A stretch of DNA of 64,000 nt from the NCBI GenBank assembly GCA_964291285.2, contig OZ219787.1:416001-480000 (forward strand), in the 5' to 3' direction. How positions within the stretch are numbered: position 1 is the first letter of the stretch; each line of letters starts with the position of its first letter. The notes under the pieces are model-generated. The model was not told the origin of the DNA and did no database searches. It was given only the letters and a program-made list of their open reading frames with translations. The position numbers and the translations under genes are program-made. The DNA is from Alphaproteobacteria bacterium. GTDB lineage: Bacteria > Pseudomonadota > Alphaproteobacteria > Bin95. Positions 1 to 12,225 of this stretch are shown here, in pieces.

Positions 1-1831
1 CGGCACTGAAACGCGTGCGGTAGCGGGTGGGCCGGCCCGGGCCTGTCAGGCAGGCAGCTCGCGCCTCTGCCCGGCGATGTGGAATTTCAGCTTCTTCGTC
101 GGCTTCATCGACGGAATCGGGTTGAACCGAAGCTCATAGTCGGATGGAGACGCCGATATCGTGAAGTAATGCGCGACCATCATCATGTTGACCGTCATTT
201 GCAGGAGCGCCTGCCGGATGCCGAGACAGGTATGCGTGCCCAGTCCGTAGGGCGCAAATCCGAAACTGCGATGCGCGCTGATTGGAGGCAGGTAGCGGTC
301 GATATCGAACGAGAACGGGTCGGGAAACACGTCGTCCATGTAGTGCGAGGCCGTCTGGGCGATATAGACCCGCGACCCGACCGGCAATTCGTGCCCCTCG
401 ACCACACAGGAGTTCACCACATCGCGCACGGACATCGCGATGACCGGGTACATACGCAGACATTCCTGAAGGAAGCGATGAGTGACATCGGTGGCGGCCA
501 GGGTAAAGGCCTCGCCGTCCGGATCGCCGTTGTCGAACAGGGCGTCCGCCTCGCTTCGGATTCTTTCGTGGATCTCAGGCTGCGAAATCATGGCGTAAAT
601 CGCGAAGCTCAGCATATCGCCGAAATACACACTGGTCAGCCCCGTCGCCGTCAGGGCGAATCGCAGATTCGATTCCGGCACCAGTTGCGGATCGCTCACA
701 TTCAGGCCCAGCACGTCGTCTGCAAGGTTCCGCGGGCAACCGGCGCGCTGGGCGGGCGTGTGAACGCGCCGGACCCGTTCCAGCATCTCGTCAATGGCTT
801 TCGCCCGGCGTTTCATGCCCGGGGTCTTCAGCGTGAATTCGGGCATGATCTTTATGATATGGACGCTGAGCGCGCGCTCCTTGTAAGTGACCAGATCGTC
901 GATCAGGTCCTGCGTATCGACCCCGACATGGAGAGACGAAATCTGCTCGTTGACCATGGCCCGGCACAGGGACCTTGCCTGGTAGGTCTCCCCGACCGTC
1001 CAGGTCGCCATGAACTTGCGGACAAGGCGGAATAGCTGGTCAAGCTGGCCGGCGAGCCGTTCGCGCGAATAGGCCGGCGACATGGCCTTGCGAAGCCGGA
1101 AGTGGTCGCCGCCGTCCAGCGAAGGCAATACGCCCGATGCGCCGAAGACGTTCTCGAAGTCGGCAAAATAGCCCCCCGCCCTCAGGTGCATCCGTCCGCT
1201 TTTATGCACCCACCGGTTGACCGACGCCCCGGCAAGGAAGGTCTTGGGTTTGGCGGTCGGCAGCTTTATCTGGAACACTGGGCCATACTCTTTCGCGAGG
1301 TCTGCAAAGAGCGCCGGAAGATGGCCGGTGCGCACATGTGGATTCAACAGCAGGCGATGCAGCGGAACCCGCGGTATGCGCCGGGACAGAGCCGAGGGGC
1401 GGCCCGTCGGGCTGGCGATGTTCTGTTCGACCGCCTCGGCTATGGAGCGGCCGATCAGGTCCATCCTGCAGATGAGTCCGATCCGCGCTTCCGCCTGCTC
1501 GTCGAGTTCGAACATGAAGCGAAAGACGTCGCATGTGTTGACGAGGCAAATGACGATCACGTCCCTCGGATCGGGAATCGTATCGGTGAAGATGGCCTCG
1601 CTGATGCGCGTCCTGATGAACTGGCTTGCGGTGCTCTTTTCCGCGTCGCTGCGCTGGTGCGCAAGCCAGTGAGCCGGTGTCAGCGTCCAGAAATCGCCGG
1701 CGTGATGTTCCAGAATCTTCAACTCCACCAGGCGATCCAGCGTCAAATCGATGACCGTCTCCGCCTGTCCCGCAAACCGTTCGACCCAGTAACGGGCGTT
1801 CCTCTGGTCGGGTTCGTCGGCAATTTCCTTT

Positions 1832-2858
1832 CCTGCTTATTCTCAAGGATCATCCTGCAATGAGTAGTTGATATGGGATGGGTTGTGTTCTGACGGCGCT
1901 GTGAAGGAAGCGTGGGATCATGGAGTTGAGTTGGTATCGTCGGTTGTATCGCCATGCGAAGCTGGCGAGGTAGCGTTCGGCATGGTCGGGACCGAGCTTT
2001 CGGTAGGTTCCGGCGATGGCGCTCTTGATGTTGCCGAGGGTCGTGTTGACCCATTTGAAGGGGGCCATGCGGGCTGCCCGGCGGCCTGAGCCGGTACGGA
2101 TGGCGCTGTGGCTTGCGGCGATGCCGTCGAGGGCGTTCCAGCAGTGCAGGGCATCGGTGACGACCTCCGTCCCCGGGGCCAGCCAGCGTTTGGCGCCGCG
2201 CGCGATCTCGCGCTTGCGGAAGCCCCTGACCGGGACGAGCTTGACCTTGCGCGGAGCCCCTTCGGCGCTGGTCGAGACCGCCGCCACGAAGGGCGTCTTG
2301 CCCGGCGCGCCCCGGCCGCGCTTGCCGCCGGAGCGCGACCCGCCGAGATAGGCGTCGTCCATCTCGACCCGTCCTTCGAGCCGCGTGTCGGCTTCGCGCC
2401 GGGCCATCACCGCCATGATCTTCTGCTTCATGCTCCAGGCGGTCGGCTGCCTGACCCCGAGGCGGCGACCGAGTTCCACCGACGAAATGCCGTTCTTCGC
2501 CGTCACCACAAGGTGGATCGCCGCAAACCACAACGTCAGGGGCAGCTTGGTCGAGTGGAAGATCGTCCCCGACGTCACCGAAACCTGCTTCTTGCAGCGG
2601 TTGCACTGGTAAAGCCTGCGCCCGGCAAGAATGCAGTGCCCCCGATGCCCGCAGGAGCCGCACTCGAAACCGTTCGGCCAGCGCAATCGGGCTAGCACCG
2701 CCCGGCACTGATCCTCCGTGCCGAACGACGCTCGGAACGCATCGTCGCTCAAGCCACGAACACGCGATGCAACCTTGAATGCCATATCCATGACCTCCCG
2801 ATAACAGAAACCCTTCCAAACCTACAATCTCACAAGATGACTCTCAAGAATAAGCAGG
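1832..2858 (-). mobile_element. IS1595-family element, copy 1 (1027 bp)
   Basis: Imperfect 23-bp terminal IRs starting CCTGCTTATTCT; 8-bp TSD TTTCCTTT at 1824..1831 and 2859..2866. Confidence 0.95.
1850..2791 (-). CDS. IS1595-family transposase
   Basis: Zinc ribbon (CGSCG...CNRC), VEMDDAYLGG, VVTD, WVNT and F-x-WRYNRR motifs. Confidence 0.95.
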   Translation of the reverse strand: MDMAFKVASRVRGLSDDAFRASFGTEDQCRAVLARLRWPNGFECGSCGHRGHCILAGRRLYQCNRCKKQVSVTSGTIFHSTKLPLTLWFAAIHLVVTAKNGISSVELGRRLGVRQPTAWSMKQKIMAVMARREADTRLEGRVEMDDAYLGGSRSGGKRGRGAPGKTPFVAAVSTSAEGAPRKVKLVPVRGFRKREIARGAKRWLAPGTEVVTDALHCWNALDGIAASHSAIRTGSGRRAARMAPFKWVNTTLGNIKSAIAGTYRKLGPDHAERYLASFAWRYNRRYQLNSMIPRFLHSAVRTQPIPYQLLIAG

Positions 2859-3499
2859 TTTCCTTTAGAAGTGGATCCAGTACGGGATCGCCAGTCTCCG
2901 TTCGGTCCAGGAGAACCAGCGACTCCATGTCCGTGTCGATGCGGGACAGGAGCGAAAGTTCCGCAAGCACCGCGCCGGCGACGGCGCATTGCAATCTCCA
3001 GCCGGGAACCTGGTGGAAGTATCCGGTCTGGTCGTTGAGGAGCATCAGAATGAGCTCGTCGGGCAAACTCAAGGGCTGGATTTTCGTGCATGCGGCGGCA
3101 GCGGTCATCGACCATGGCCTCCTCGCAGCTGGCTCCGCGGCCTGGCATCGGCGCCGTTGCGCCGCGACGCCTTCGCAAGCAGGCGGTGGACAGGGAACAG
3201 GCGAACAACCGGCACCGGCGCGGCTGCGGCGAAAAGGAGGCTGCGGCCGGGTGAAACGACCGAGCGAGACATAAGCCGGGCCTGAAAGTTGCGTTTCATA
3301 GTGACGGGCGGGATGCGGGGAGAGCTGTTGTCGCGATAGGCGGAACCGGAGCCGACACCAATCCGCAATTCAACGTATCTGCGAAGATTGCGGTTGCCTT
3401 CGTCGTCGAACTGCCAACTCCAATATCTATCACCGCTGATATTGGGGATAGAGGCCGCCATCGTCAAGCCCGAGCGGACCTGTCCGCCCGCCGGAGCCG

Positions 3500-4261
3500 T
3501 CAGCCGCCGGACGTCTTCAGGGACTTGAGGCGGTCTTTCGCCAGCCTGTCCAGCAGGCGCTCGAAGGCATCCTTCGCCGGTATCGCGATGGACCGCTTCA
3601 GCAGGCTGCGCGCCTTCTCGCGATGTTCGTCCTCGTCAAGCTCCAGCAGGCCGAGCGCATATTGAAGCGGCACGTCCTTCGCATCGGGCGCAAGCTCCAT
3701 GGCCCGCTCCAGCGAGGCGATTGCGTCCTTTTCGCGGGCGCCGTAGGTCAGGCGCGCCAGGAACGACCCCACCTTGCCGACCACGCCCGTGTGCCACCGG
3801 GCGAGACTGACATGGGCCGAGGCCATATCGGGATCGAGCCGAAGCGCGTCTTCCGTCGCCTCGCGAATCTTCTCCACATATCCCCTGTCCGCCGCCTCGA
3901 AAGAGCCGATGACCTGCGCGAGCCGGCCGGTGGCGCGCGCGAGTTGCAGATGGGCGTCCGCATTGCCGGGACCGGCGCGGACCGCCTTCTGCGCGAGCCC
4001 CAGGGCGCGCTCGAACAGCCCTTCCTTCTTGCCCTTGGCGGCAATGAAGTAGCCGTGGACCGTCAGCGACTGCGCCGCCAGTGCAAATCCCCGGGAGGTT
4101 CCGAGGCTCTCCGCAATCCGGGCCGCATCGGTGAACCGTCCCTCGGCGTAGGCCGCCTGCGCCTCCTCCATGGAGCGCGCATCGGCGGCGCCCGCCAACG
4201 GCAAGGCCGCCGCCACCCAGCAGGACAGTATGAAGCCGACCGCATAACCCCGATTGCGCAT
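3500..4261 (-). CDS. Exported TPR-like helical protein
   Basis: Signal-like N-terminus from MRNRGYAVGF; helical repeats (NADAHLQLARA, ALRLDPD, AMELAPD). Start trimmed from the 390-aa ORF. Confidence 0.75.
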   Translation of the reverse strand: MRNRGYAVGFILSCWVAAALPLAGAADARSMEEAQAAYAEGRFTDAARIAESLGTSRGFALAAQSLTVHGYFIAAKGKKEGLFERALGLAQKAVRAGPGNADAHLQLARATGRLAQVIGSFEAADRGYVEKIREATEDALRLDPDMASAHVSLARWHTGVVGKVGSFLARLTYGAREKDAIASLERAMELAPDAKDVPLQYALGLLELDEDEHREKARSLLKRSIAIPAKDAFERLLDRLAKDRLKSLKTSGG

Positions 4262-4394
4262 GACACCACCATCCGGCTTTTCCGACCCGCCCAGTTTACC
4301 ATGCAATCCTCGGCCGAAGCGGAATGCGGAACGCAAGGCGGGCGCACGGCCCGGATCGCCGCGCGCCCGCTGGTTGCGGGAAGGGCGCCCGCCG

Positions 4395-5738
4395 CTAGAA
4401 GAGCGGCGAGGAACCCCGGCCGAACTCGGGATAGGCTTCCATGCCGAGTTCGCTCTTGTCGAGGCCGTCGTCTTCCGCCTCCTCCGAAGCCCGGATGCCC
4501 AGTGCGAGCTTGAGGACGAACCACGCTGCAAGCGAGACGGCAAAGACGAAGACGCCGATGGCGAGCACGCCGATGAGCTGGGTGACGAAGTCGCCGCCGC
4601 CGAATATGCCGACCGCCAGCGTACCCCAGATGCCGGCGACAAGGTGGGCCGAGATCGCGCCCACCACATCATCGACCTTCAGCCGGTCGAGGGCCGGAAC
4701 CGCATAGACCACCAGCATGCCGCCGATGCCGCCGATGACGAGCGCCAGCACATGGTTCTGGAGGTCCGGGCCGGCGGTGATCGAGACGAGGCCTGCAATC
4801 GCGCCGTTCAGCGCCAGCGTCAGGTCGATCTTGCGATACATCGCGTAGCTCGTCGCCATGGCCGCGATCACGCCGGCCGCCGCCGCGAGGTTCGTGTTCA
4901 CATAGACGATCGAGATCGCCACCGCGTCGAGCGCGGAGCCGAGCGCCAGTTGCGAGCCGCCATTGAAGCCGAACCAGCCGAACCAGAGGATGAAGGTGCC
5001 GAGCGTCGCCAGCGGCAGGTTCGCGCCCGGCATCGGGTTGATGCTGCCGTCCGGGCCGTATTTGCCCTTGCGCGCGCCCAGCACGATGGCGCCTGCGAGC
5101 GCCGCCCAGCCGCCGGTGGAATGCACCAGCGTCGAGCCCGCGAAATCGCTGAAGCCCATCTCCGCGAGCCAGCCGCCGCCCCAGACCCAGGAGGCCTGGA
5201 TCGGGTAGATCAGCGCGGACAGCAGCACCGTGAAGATCAGGAAGGGCAGGATACGGATGCGCTCGGCCAGCGTGCCCGAGACGATGGAGGCGGCCGTCGC
5301 CACGAACACCATCTGGAAGAACCAGTCGGACATGACCGAGTAGCCGCCCTCGACCACCGCGGCGACCTGTTCGCTCGTCGCTTCCTCTGCGTTGAGGAGT
5401 GCGAGCTCGGCCTCGGACGGGTTGTAGAGGAAGTCGAACGTGCCGATCCAGCCGCCGTCAACATCCGTGTACATCACGGCATAGCCGACGATGTAGAACA
5501 TGATGCCGGCGATGGAGTAGAGCGCGATGTTCTTCAGGCAGATCGCCGCGGTGTTCTTGGTCCGCACGAGGCCCGATTCCAGCATGGCGAAGCCGGCCGC
5601 CATCAGCATGACCAGGAAGCCGTGCACCAGGAAGGAGAAGGTGTTGAAGACGAAGGCGATCTCGCCTTCGACCGCCGCGGCGGCGGGCGACGCCGCCAGG
5701 GTGAACAGGGCCGCGAGGCCGGTGATGGTGCGAAGCAT
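4395..5738 (-). CDS. amtB: Ammonium transporter
   Basis: DFAGSTLVH, LWFGWFGFNGGS and DDVVGAISAH motifs; adjacent to a PII gene. Confidence 0.97.
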   Translation of the reverse strand: MLRTITGLAALFTLAASPAAAAVEGEIAFVFNTFSFLVHGFLVMLMAAGFAMLESGLVRTKNTAAICLKNIALYSIAGIMFYIVGYAVMYTDVDGGWIGTFDFLYNPSEAELALLNAEEATSEQVAAVVEGGYSVMSDWFFQMVFVATAASIVSGTLAERIRILPFLIFTVLLSALIYPIQASWVWGGGWLAEMGFSDFAGSTLVHSTGGWAALAGAIVLGARKGKYGPDGSINPMPGANLPLATLGTFILWFGWFGFNGGSQLALGSALDAVAISIVYVNTNLAAAAGVIAAMATSYAMYRKIDLTLALNGAIAGLVSITAGPDLQNHVLALVIGGIGGMLVVYAVPALDRLKVDDVVGAISAHLVAGIWGTLAVGIFGGGDFVTQLIGVLAIGVFVFAVSLAAWFVLKLALGIRASEEAEDDGLDKSELGMEAYPEFGRGSSPLF

Positions 5739-5753
5739 GTCCCTGTCTCCCCG

Positions 5754-6176
<423 letters not shown>

Positions 6177-6381
6177 TTAATAGAGAATTTATTGTGGCCA
6201 CGGAGAACTCGGGCACTCATGTGGTGAAAATTACGGCATGAACCAGACGGCCTGGCCGAAGTGATGAAATTATAGGCAATTCAACACTGTCGCCGGTGTC
6301 CTGTCCTGACCCTCAAGGCCGGGTGAAAGGGGAGTGTTACCGGATGCCGCCGAACACGGCCGTGCATCGCACAACCCGGCG

Positions 6382-7599
6382 TCAGAGCGGCTCGCCGCGC
6401 ACGAGGCGGGGCGGCGTGCCGGCAACGCCCATGGCGTGGCGCATGAAGGCGCGCTTGAGGCCGGGCAGCCGTCCGACGGCCGCGAGGCCCAGTTGCCGGG
6501 CGGCCTGCACGGGCGGAACGGCGTTCGAGAAGAGCCGGTTCAGCCCGTCCGTGACGCCCGCCAGCAGCACGCTGTCGGCGCGCTGGCGGCGCTGGTATTC
6601 CGCCAGCACGGCCGGGCCGCCGATATCGAGCCCGAGGCGGAACGCATCGACCGCGCATTCCGCGAGCCCGGCTACGCCGCGAATGCCGAGATTGAAGCCC
6701 TGCCCGGCGATGGGGTGGATGCCGCAGGCCGCGTCGCCCGCCAGCGCCAGCCTGTCGGCGAAGAAGCGGTCCGCCAGCACGAGCCCGACCGGCCAGCACC
6801 AGCGCGGGCCGATGAGCCGGATCTCCCCCAGGAAATCGCCGAAGCGCCATTCGAGCTCCTGAAGGAAGCGCGCGTCCTCGAGCGCGAACAGCGCGTCGGC
6901 AAGCCCGCTCCGCTCCGACCAGACGATGGAGGAACGGTGTTCGCCGTCCGGGCCGTCGGTCATCGGCAGGATGGCGAACGGCCCGCCCGCGAGGAACCGC
7001 TCATGCGCGACATTGCCGTGCGGCTCCTCATGGCCGACGGTCAGTACCAGCGCCTTCTGCCCGTAGGCCCATTCCACCGTCCCGATTCCCGCTTCGCGGC
7101 GCAGCGGCGAGCCGCGCCCGTCGGCGGCAACGATGAGCGGCGCTTCCAGAACGCGCCCGTCCCCGAGGAACAGCCGGGCGAGACCGCCGCCGCGCTCGCT
7201 CCGCTCCGCCACGGCCGGGGCGAAGACGGCGACATTCGGCGTGTCTTCCAGCAGCGCCGCCGCGGCCGCGCGCATCAGCCGGTTCTCGACGATATAGCCG
7301 AACGGCTCGTCGCCGACCTCGCGGTGGTCGTAATGCAGGAAGAGGGGCGCCGCGCCGTCGGTGATGCGGATATCGGCCATCGGCTCGGCATGCGCCGCGA
7401 TCGAGGGCCAGAGGCCCACGCCCCGCAGCACCTGCACGGAGGCGTGCGAAATGGCGGTGGTGCGTCCGTCGAAAGCGGCGCCCGTCTCCACCGGCGCCCG
7501 GTCCACCAGCGCCGTCTCCAGCCCGGCCGAAGCGAAGGCGCGCGCCGCCGCTGCACCGACCAGCCCGCCGCCAACGACGATGACATCGAGCCGGCTCAC
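6382..7599 (-). CDS. UbiH/UbiL/COQ6-family FAD-dependent hydroxylase
   Basis: DVIVVGGGLVG, IVAADGRGS and GDAACGIHPIAGQGFNLG motifs; GTG start overlaps the upstream stop. Confidence 0.92.
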   Translation of the reverse strand: MSRLDVIVVGGGLVGAAAARAFASAGLETALVDRAPVETGAAFDGRTTAISHASVQVLRGVGLWPSIAAHAEPMADIRITDGAAPLFLHYDHREVGDEPFGYIVENRLMRAAAAALLEDTPNVAVFAPAVAERSERGGGLARLFLGDGRVLEAPLIVAADGRGSPLRREAGIGTVEWAYGQKALVLTVGHEEPHGNVAHERFLAGGPFAILPMTDGPDGEHRSSIVWSERSGLADALFALEDARFLQELEWRFGDFLGEIRLIGPRWCWPVGLVLADRFFADRLALAGDAACGIHPIAGQGFNLGIRGVAGLAECAVDAFRLGLDIGGPAVLAEYQRRQRADSVLLAGVTDGLNRLFSNAVPPVQAARQLGLAAVGRLPGLKRAFMRHAMGVAGTPPRLVRGEPL

Positions 7600-7874
7600 G
7601 GGGGCGGCCGCTCCGCCGCCTCCCGCCTGAGCTTCTCCCGCTTCAGTTCGAACAGGACGAGCCGGCCTTCGGAATCGACGCCCAGCAGGTCCAAAGGCCC
7701 GTTGGCGGTCCGCAATTGCCGTCCGACCAATTGGACGTCCGGCATCAGCATGGCGGGGTTCCACACCAGAATGTCCTCCAGCAGGGCTTCCGTCCCGGCG
7801 CTCCCGGCCGTCTTCAGCGGATGAGCGGTCTTCCCCGCGTCGTCCACTTCCCAGATTCCGAAATCGTCCGTCAC
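7596..7874 (-). pseudogene. Truncated NucS/DUF91-like PD-(D/E)XK nuclease
   Basis: E-x-x-LED, LVGRQ and DLLGVDSEGRLVLFELKR motifs; the ORF stops about 13 codons after ELK. Confidence 0.6.
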
Positions 7875-8206
7875 TGCCGTCTCCCATCCGCCGGGGCGCC
7901 GACTCTGGCCATGTCCGCGGCCGGCGGCAAGGCGCGCCGATTTCATGCCTCCGTTCGGGACCCATCGCCGGACTCCGACGGATATGGCGCGCAAGCAGGA
8001 GACGAAGCGACCTCCGGACGCCGTCTCTTTCCTTCGTCCCAATATGGTCTATGATTCCAAAATGTCAATGGTATAGTAAGAATTATTACTGCATAATTTC
8101 GAACAAAGCCTATTCCTGTCCCCTTGCCCGGGCGAAAGACATCGAGCCTGCATCCCGCTCGCTGTCCTGCTTCGTCCGGGGCGAGCCGCTGCGGGCCCCG
8201 TCGGCG

Positions 8207-8866
8207 CTACCGTTCGGCGGCAAGGTAGCGGCGGAGCGTCGCCGTCATCTTCTCCGTCCGCGTGTCGTGAGGGAAGAGCGTGCGGAAGCGGCCGTCCGGG
8301 CCCATCAGGAAGGTGAGGGTGGCGTGGTCCACCAGATAGTCGTCGGCATCCGCCCCGGCCTCGGGCGGCACCTTGCGGCGGTGGACGCGCCAGGCCTTCA
8401 GCACGGCGCGGGTCTGGGCGGGCGTGCCCCGGAGCGCGAGGAAGCGCGGGCCGAAATGCGCCATGTAGTCCCGGAGCGCCGGCAGGTCGTCGCGTTCGGG
8501 ATCGACGGTGATGAAGAGCGGCTGCACCCGCTCGCCGTCCGCTCCCAGCGCCTCCAGCGCTTCCGCCATCGTCAGCAGGTTGGTCGGGCAGAGGTCCGGG
8601 CAGAAGGTGTAGCCGAAATAAAGGAGCGCGAAGCGGCCGCGGAAGGTCTCGTCCGTCACCGCCCGGCCGTTATGGTCGGTCAGTTCGAACGGCCCGCCGA
8701 ACAGCGCTTCCAGCGGCGGCGGCGAAGACGGGGGCGGTGACGGAGGCGGCGGCGCGGCGGCGGCGGCAATGCCGCCATTCGTAACGTTCGCCGCGTTGGG
8801 CGCGGCGGCGAGCGCGAGGGCGGCCAGCGCCGCCGCGACCGCCCGGACCGCGCGCCGCGCCGCCAT
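8207..8866 (-). CDS. SCO1/SenC copper chaperone
   Basis: FGYTFCPDLCP, ITVDPERD and YLVDH motifs; signal peptide. Confidence 0.95.
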   Translation of the reverse strand: MAARRAVRAVAAALAALALAAAPNAANVTNGGIAAAAAPPPPSPPPSSPPPLEALFGGPFELTDHNGRAVTDETFRGRFALLYFGYTFCPDLCPTNLLTMAEALEALGADGERVQPLFITVDPERDDLPALRDYMAHFGPRFLALRGTPAQTRAVLKAWRVHRRKVPPEAGADADDYLVDHATLTFLMGPDGRFRTLFPHDTRTEKMTATLRRYLAAER

Positions 8867-8871
8867 TGCCG

Positions 8872-10524
8872 TCAGGTCGAGTATTGTGCGAACTGGACCG
8901 TGCCGGCGCGGGCGCGGTAGTCGGTGACGACATTGATGACGGCGACACGGCCCTTGTCCACTTCCGCCTGGCCCCGCTCCAGCGCCGCGCGGATCCCGCC
9001 CGGCTCCTCGACCTGCTCGCCGTAGCAGCCGAGCGCCTCGGCGATCTTGTCGAAGCGGACGTAGCCGAGGTCGCGGCCGATCTTTTCGCGGCCCGGATCG
9101 GCCGTCCAGCCGCCGTTGCAGCTGATCACCACCAGCACCGGGATGCCCTGGCGCTGGGCGGCTTCGAGCTCCATCGCGTTGATGCCCATGGAGCCGTCGC
9201 CATGCACGCAGATCACCTGCTTGTCCGGCTTGGCGACCTTGGCGCCGATGGCGTAGGGCAGGCCGACGCCCATCGTGCCGAAGGGGCCGGAGTTCAGCCG
9301 GTGGCCCGCCGTATAGGTCGGCATGGACTGGCGCCCGTAGTTCAGGATTTCCTGGCCGTCCACCACCAGGATGGAGTCCCGGTCCATGAAGTTCTTGACC
9401 TCCTCACAGAGGCGGAGCGGGTGGATCGGCGTGTCGTCCGAGAGGGCGTTGCCGCCGGGCCGGGCGCGCTTCTCCGCCTCGCCCTCCGCCAGCCGGTCGC
9501 GCCAGGCCTTGAAGCGGTCGGCGTCGAAGCGCCCGTCGATGGCCGCCATCAGCTGCTCCAGCCCGGTGCGCACGTCCGCGACGATGCCGATGTCGATGGG
9601 CCGCGGGCTCTGCGCGATCTCCGTCTGGTCGATGTCGATCCGCACGATGCGGGCATCGGCGTTGAAGCGCGGCGGGGCGGCGTGGCCGACAATGTAGTTG
9701 AGCCGCGTGCCGAGGATCAGGATGCAGTCCGCTTCGCGGAAGGCGGTCGAGCGCATGGTGGCGTAGTGCCAGGGATGGTCCTCCGGCACGACGCCCCGGC
9801 CCTGCGGCGTGGTGTAGAAGGGGATGCCGGAGGCGTCGACGAAGCGGTGCATCGCCTCCGACGCTTCCGACCAGAGGATGCCGGAACCGGAGACCATCAC
9901 CGGGCGCTCGGAGGCAGCGAGGAGCGCGGCGGTCTCCTCGATCAGGTCCTGCTGGCCGGCGGGGCGGCTGCGGAGCAGCGGGCGCCCGGAGGTCGTCCAG
10001 TTGATCTCCTCCTCGGGCACCTTCGTGTAGAGCACGTCGCCCGGCATATCGATGTAGACCGGCCCCGGCTTGCCGGCCATCGCCTGCTGGAAGGCGATAT
10101 CGACGATCTCCGGGATGCGGCGCGGATCGTAAACGCGGGCCGACCACTTCACGCAGCCCTCCATGATCCGCATCTGGTCGATCTCCTGGAAGACGTCCTT
10201 GCCGAACTGGCCGACCGGCGAGCAGCCGCCGACCGCGACCACCGGCGTGCAATCGACCAGCGCGTTGCAGAGGCCGGTGACAAGGTTGGTGACGCCCGGC
10301 CCGGAAGCCGCCATGCAGGCCGCGGGCTTGGTGCGCAGCCGCGCATAGGCGTGTGCCATCATCGCGGCGGCCTGCTCGTGGCGCACATCGACCATGCGGA
10401 TGCCCTCGTTGGCGCATTCGGTCTCCGCCAGCAGCATCGGGCCGCCCATCAGGAAAAACATCTCGTCGCAGCCCTGCCTGCGCAGCGCCTTGGCGAGGAT
10501 CGCCGAACCCGTCAGTTCGCTCAT
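8872..10524 (-). CDS. ThDP-dependent enzyme (acetolactate synthase / 2-hydroxyacyl-CoA lyase-like)
   Basis: VRHEQAAAMMA, SGPGVTN and GDGSMG motifs. Confidence 0.92.
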   Translation of the reverse strand: MSELTGSAILAKALRRQGCDEMFFLMGGPMLLAETECANEGIRMVDVRHEQAAAMMAHAYARLRTKPAACMAASGPGVTNLVTGLCNALVDCTPVVAVGGCSPVGQFGKDVFQEIDQMRIMEGCVKWSARVYDPRRIPEIVDIAFQQAMAGKPGPVYIDMPGDVLYTKVPEEEINWTTSGRPLLRSRPAGQQDLIEETAALLAASERPVMVSGSGILWSEASEAMHRFVDASGIPFYTTPQGRGVVPEDHPWHYATMRSTAFREADCILILGTRLNYIVGHAAPPRFNADARIVRIDIDQTEIAQSPRPIDIGIVADVRTGLEQLMAAIDGRFDADRFKAWRDRLAEGEAEKRARPGGNALSDDTPIHPLRLCEEVKNFMDRDSILVVDGQEILNYGRQSMPTYTAGHRLNSGPFGTMGVGLPYAIGAKVAKPDKQVICVHGDGSMGINAMELEAAQRQGIPVLVVISCNGGWTADPGREKIGRDLGYVRFDKIAEALGCYGEQVEEPGGIRAALERGQAEVDKGRVAVINVVTDYRARAGTVQFAQYST

Positions 10525-10605
10525 CGGGTTTCCCTCTCTTCCGTCTTCGGTTCGTTCGTTCAGTTGCGTCGGAGCATAGGCGGGCGGGCCGCCGGGCGTA
10601 ACCGT

Positions 10606-12221
<1,616 letters not shown>

Positions 12222-12225
<4 letters not shown>

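Larger units (their letters stand above)
46..3108 (-). pseudogene. GPP34/GOLPH3-like domain fused to cytochrome P450, interrupted by IS1595
   Basis: Removing IS 1832..2858 and one TSD copy joins 3108..2867 in frame to 1831..46 (LDPLLKE-IADEPDQRNARYWVERFAGQAETVIDLTLDRL). The N-terminus has LSLPDELILMLL and AVAGAVLAELSL (GPP34-like). The C-terminus has ExxR (ECLR) and heme motif FAPYGLGTHTCLG. Confidence 0.85.

Noticed and set aside
3105-3467. 120-aa ORF upstream of the P450 fusion
   Set aside because: No recognisable motif and a low-complexity tail; more likely promoter or intergenic DNA.
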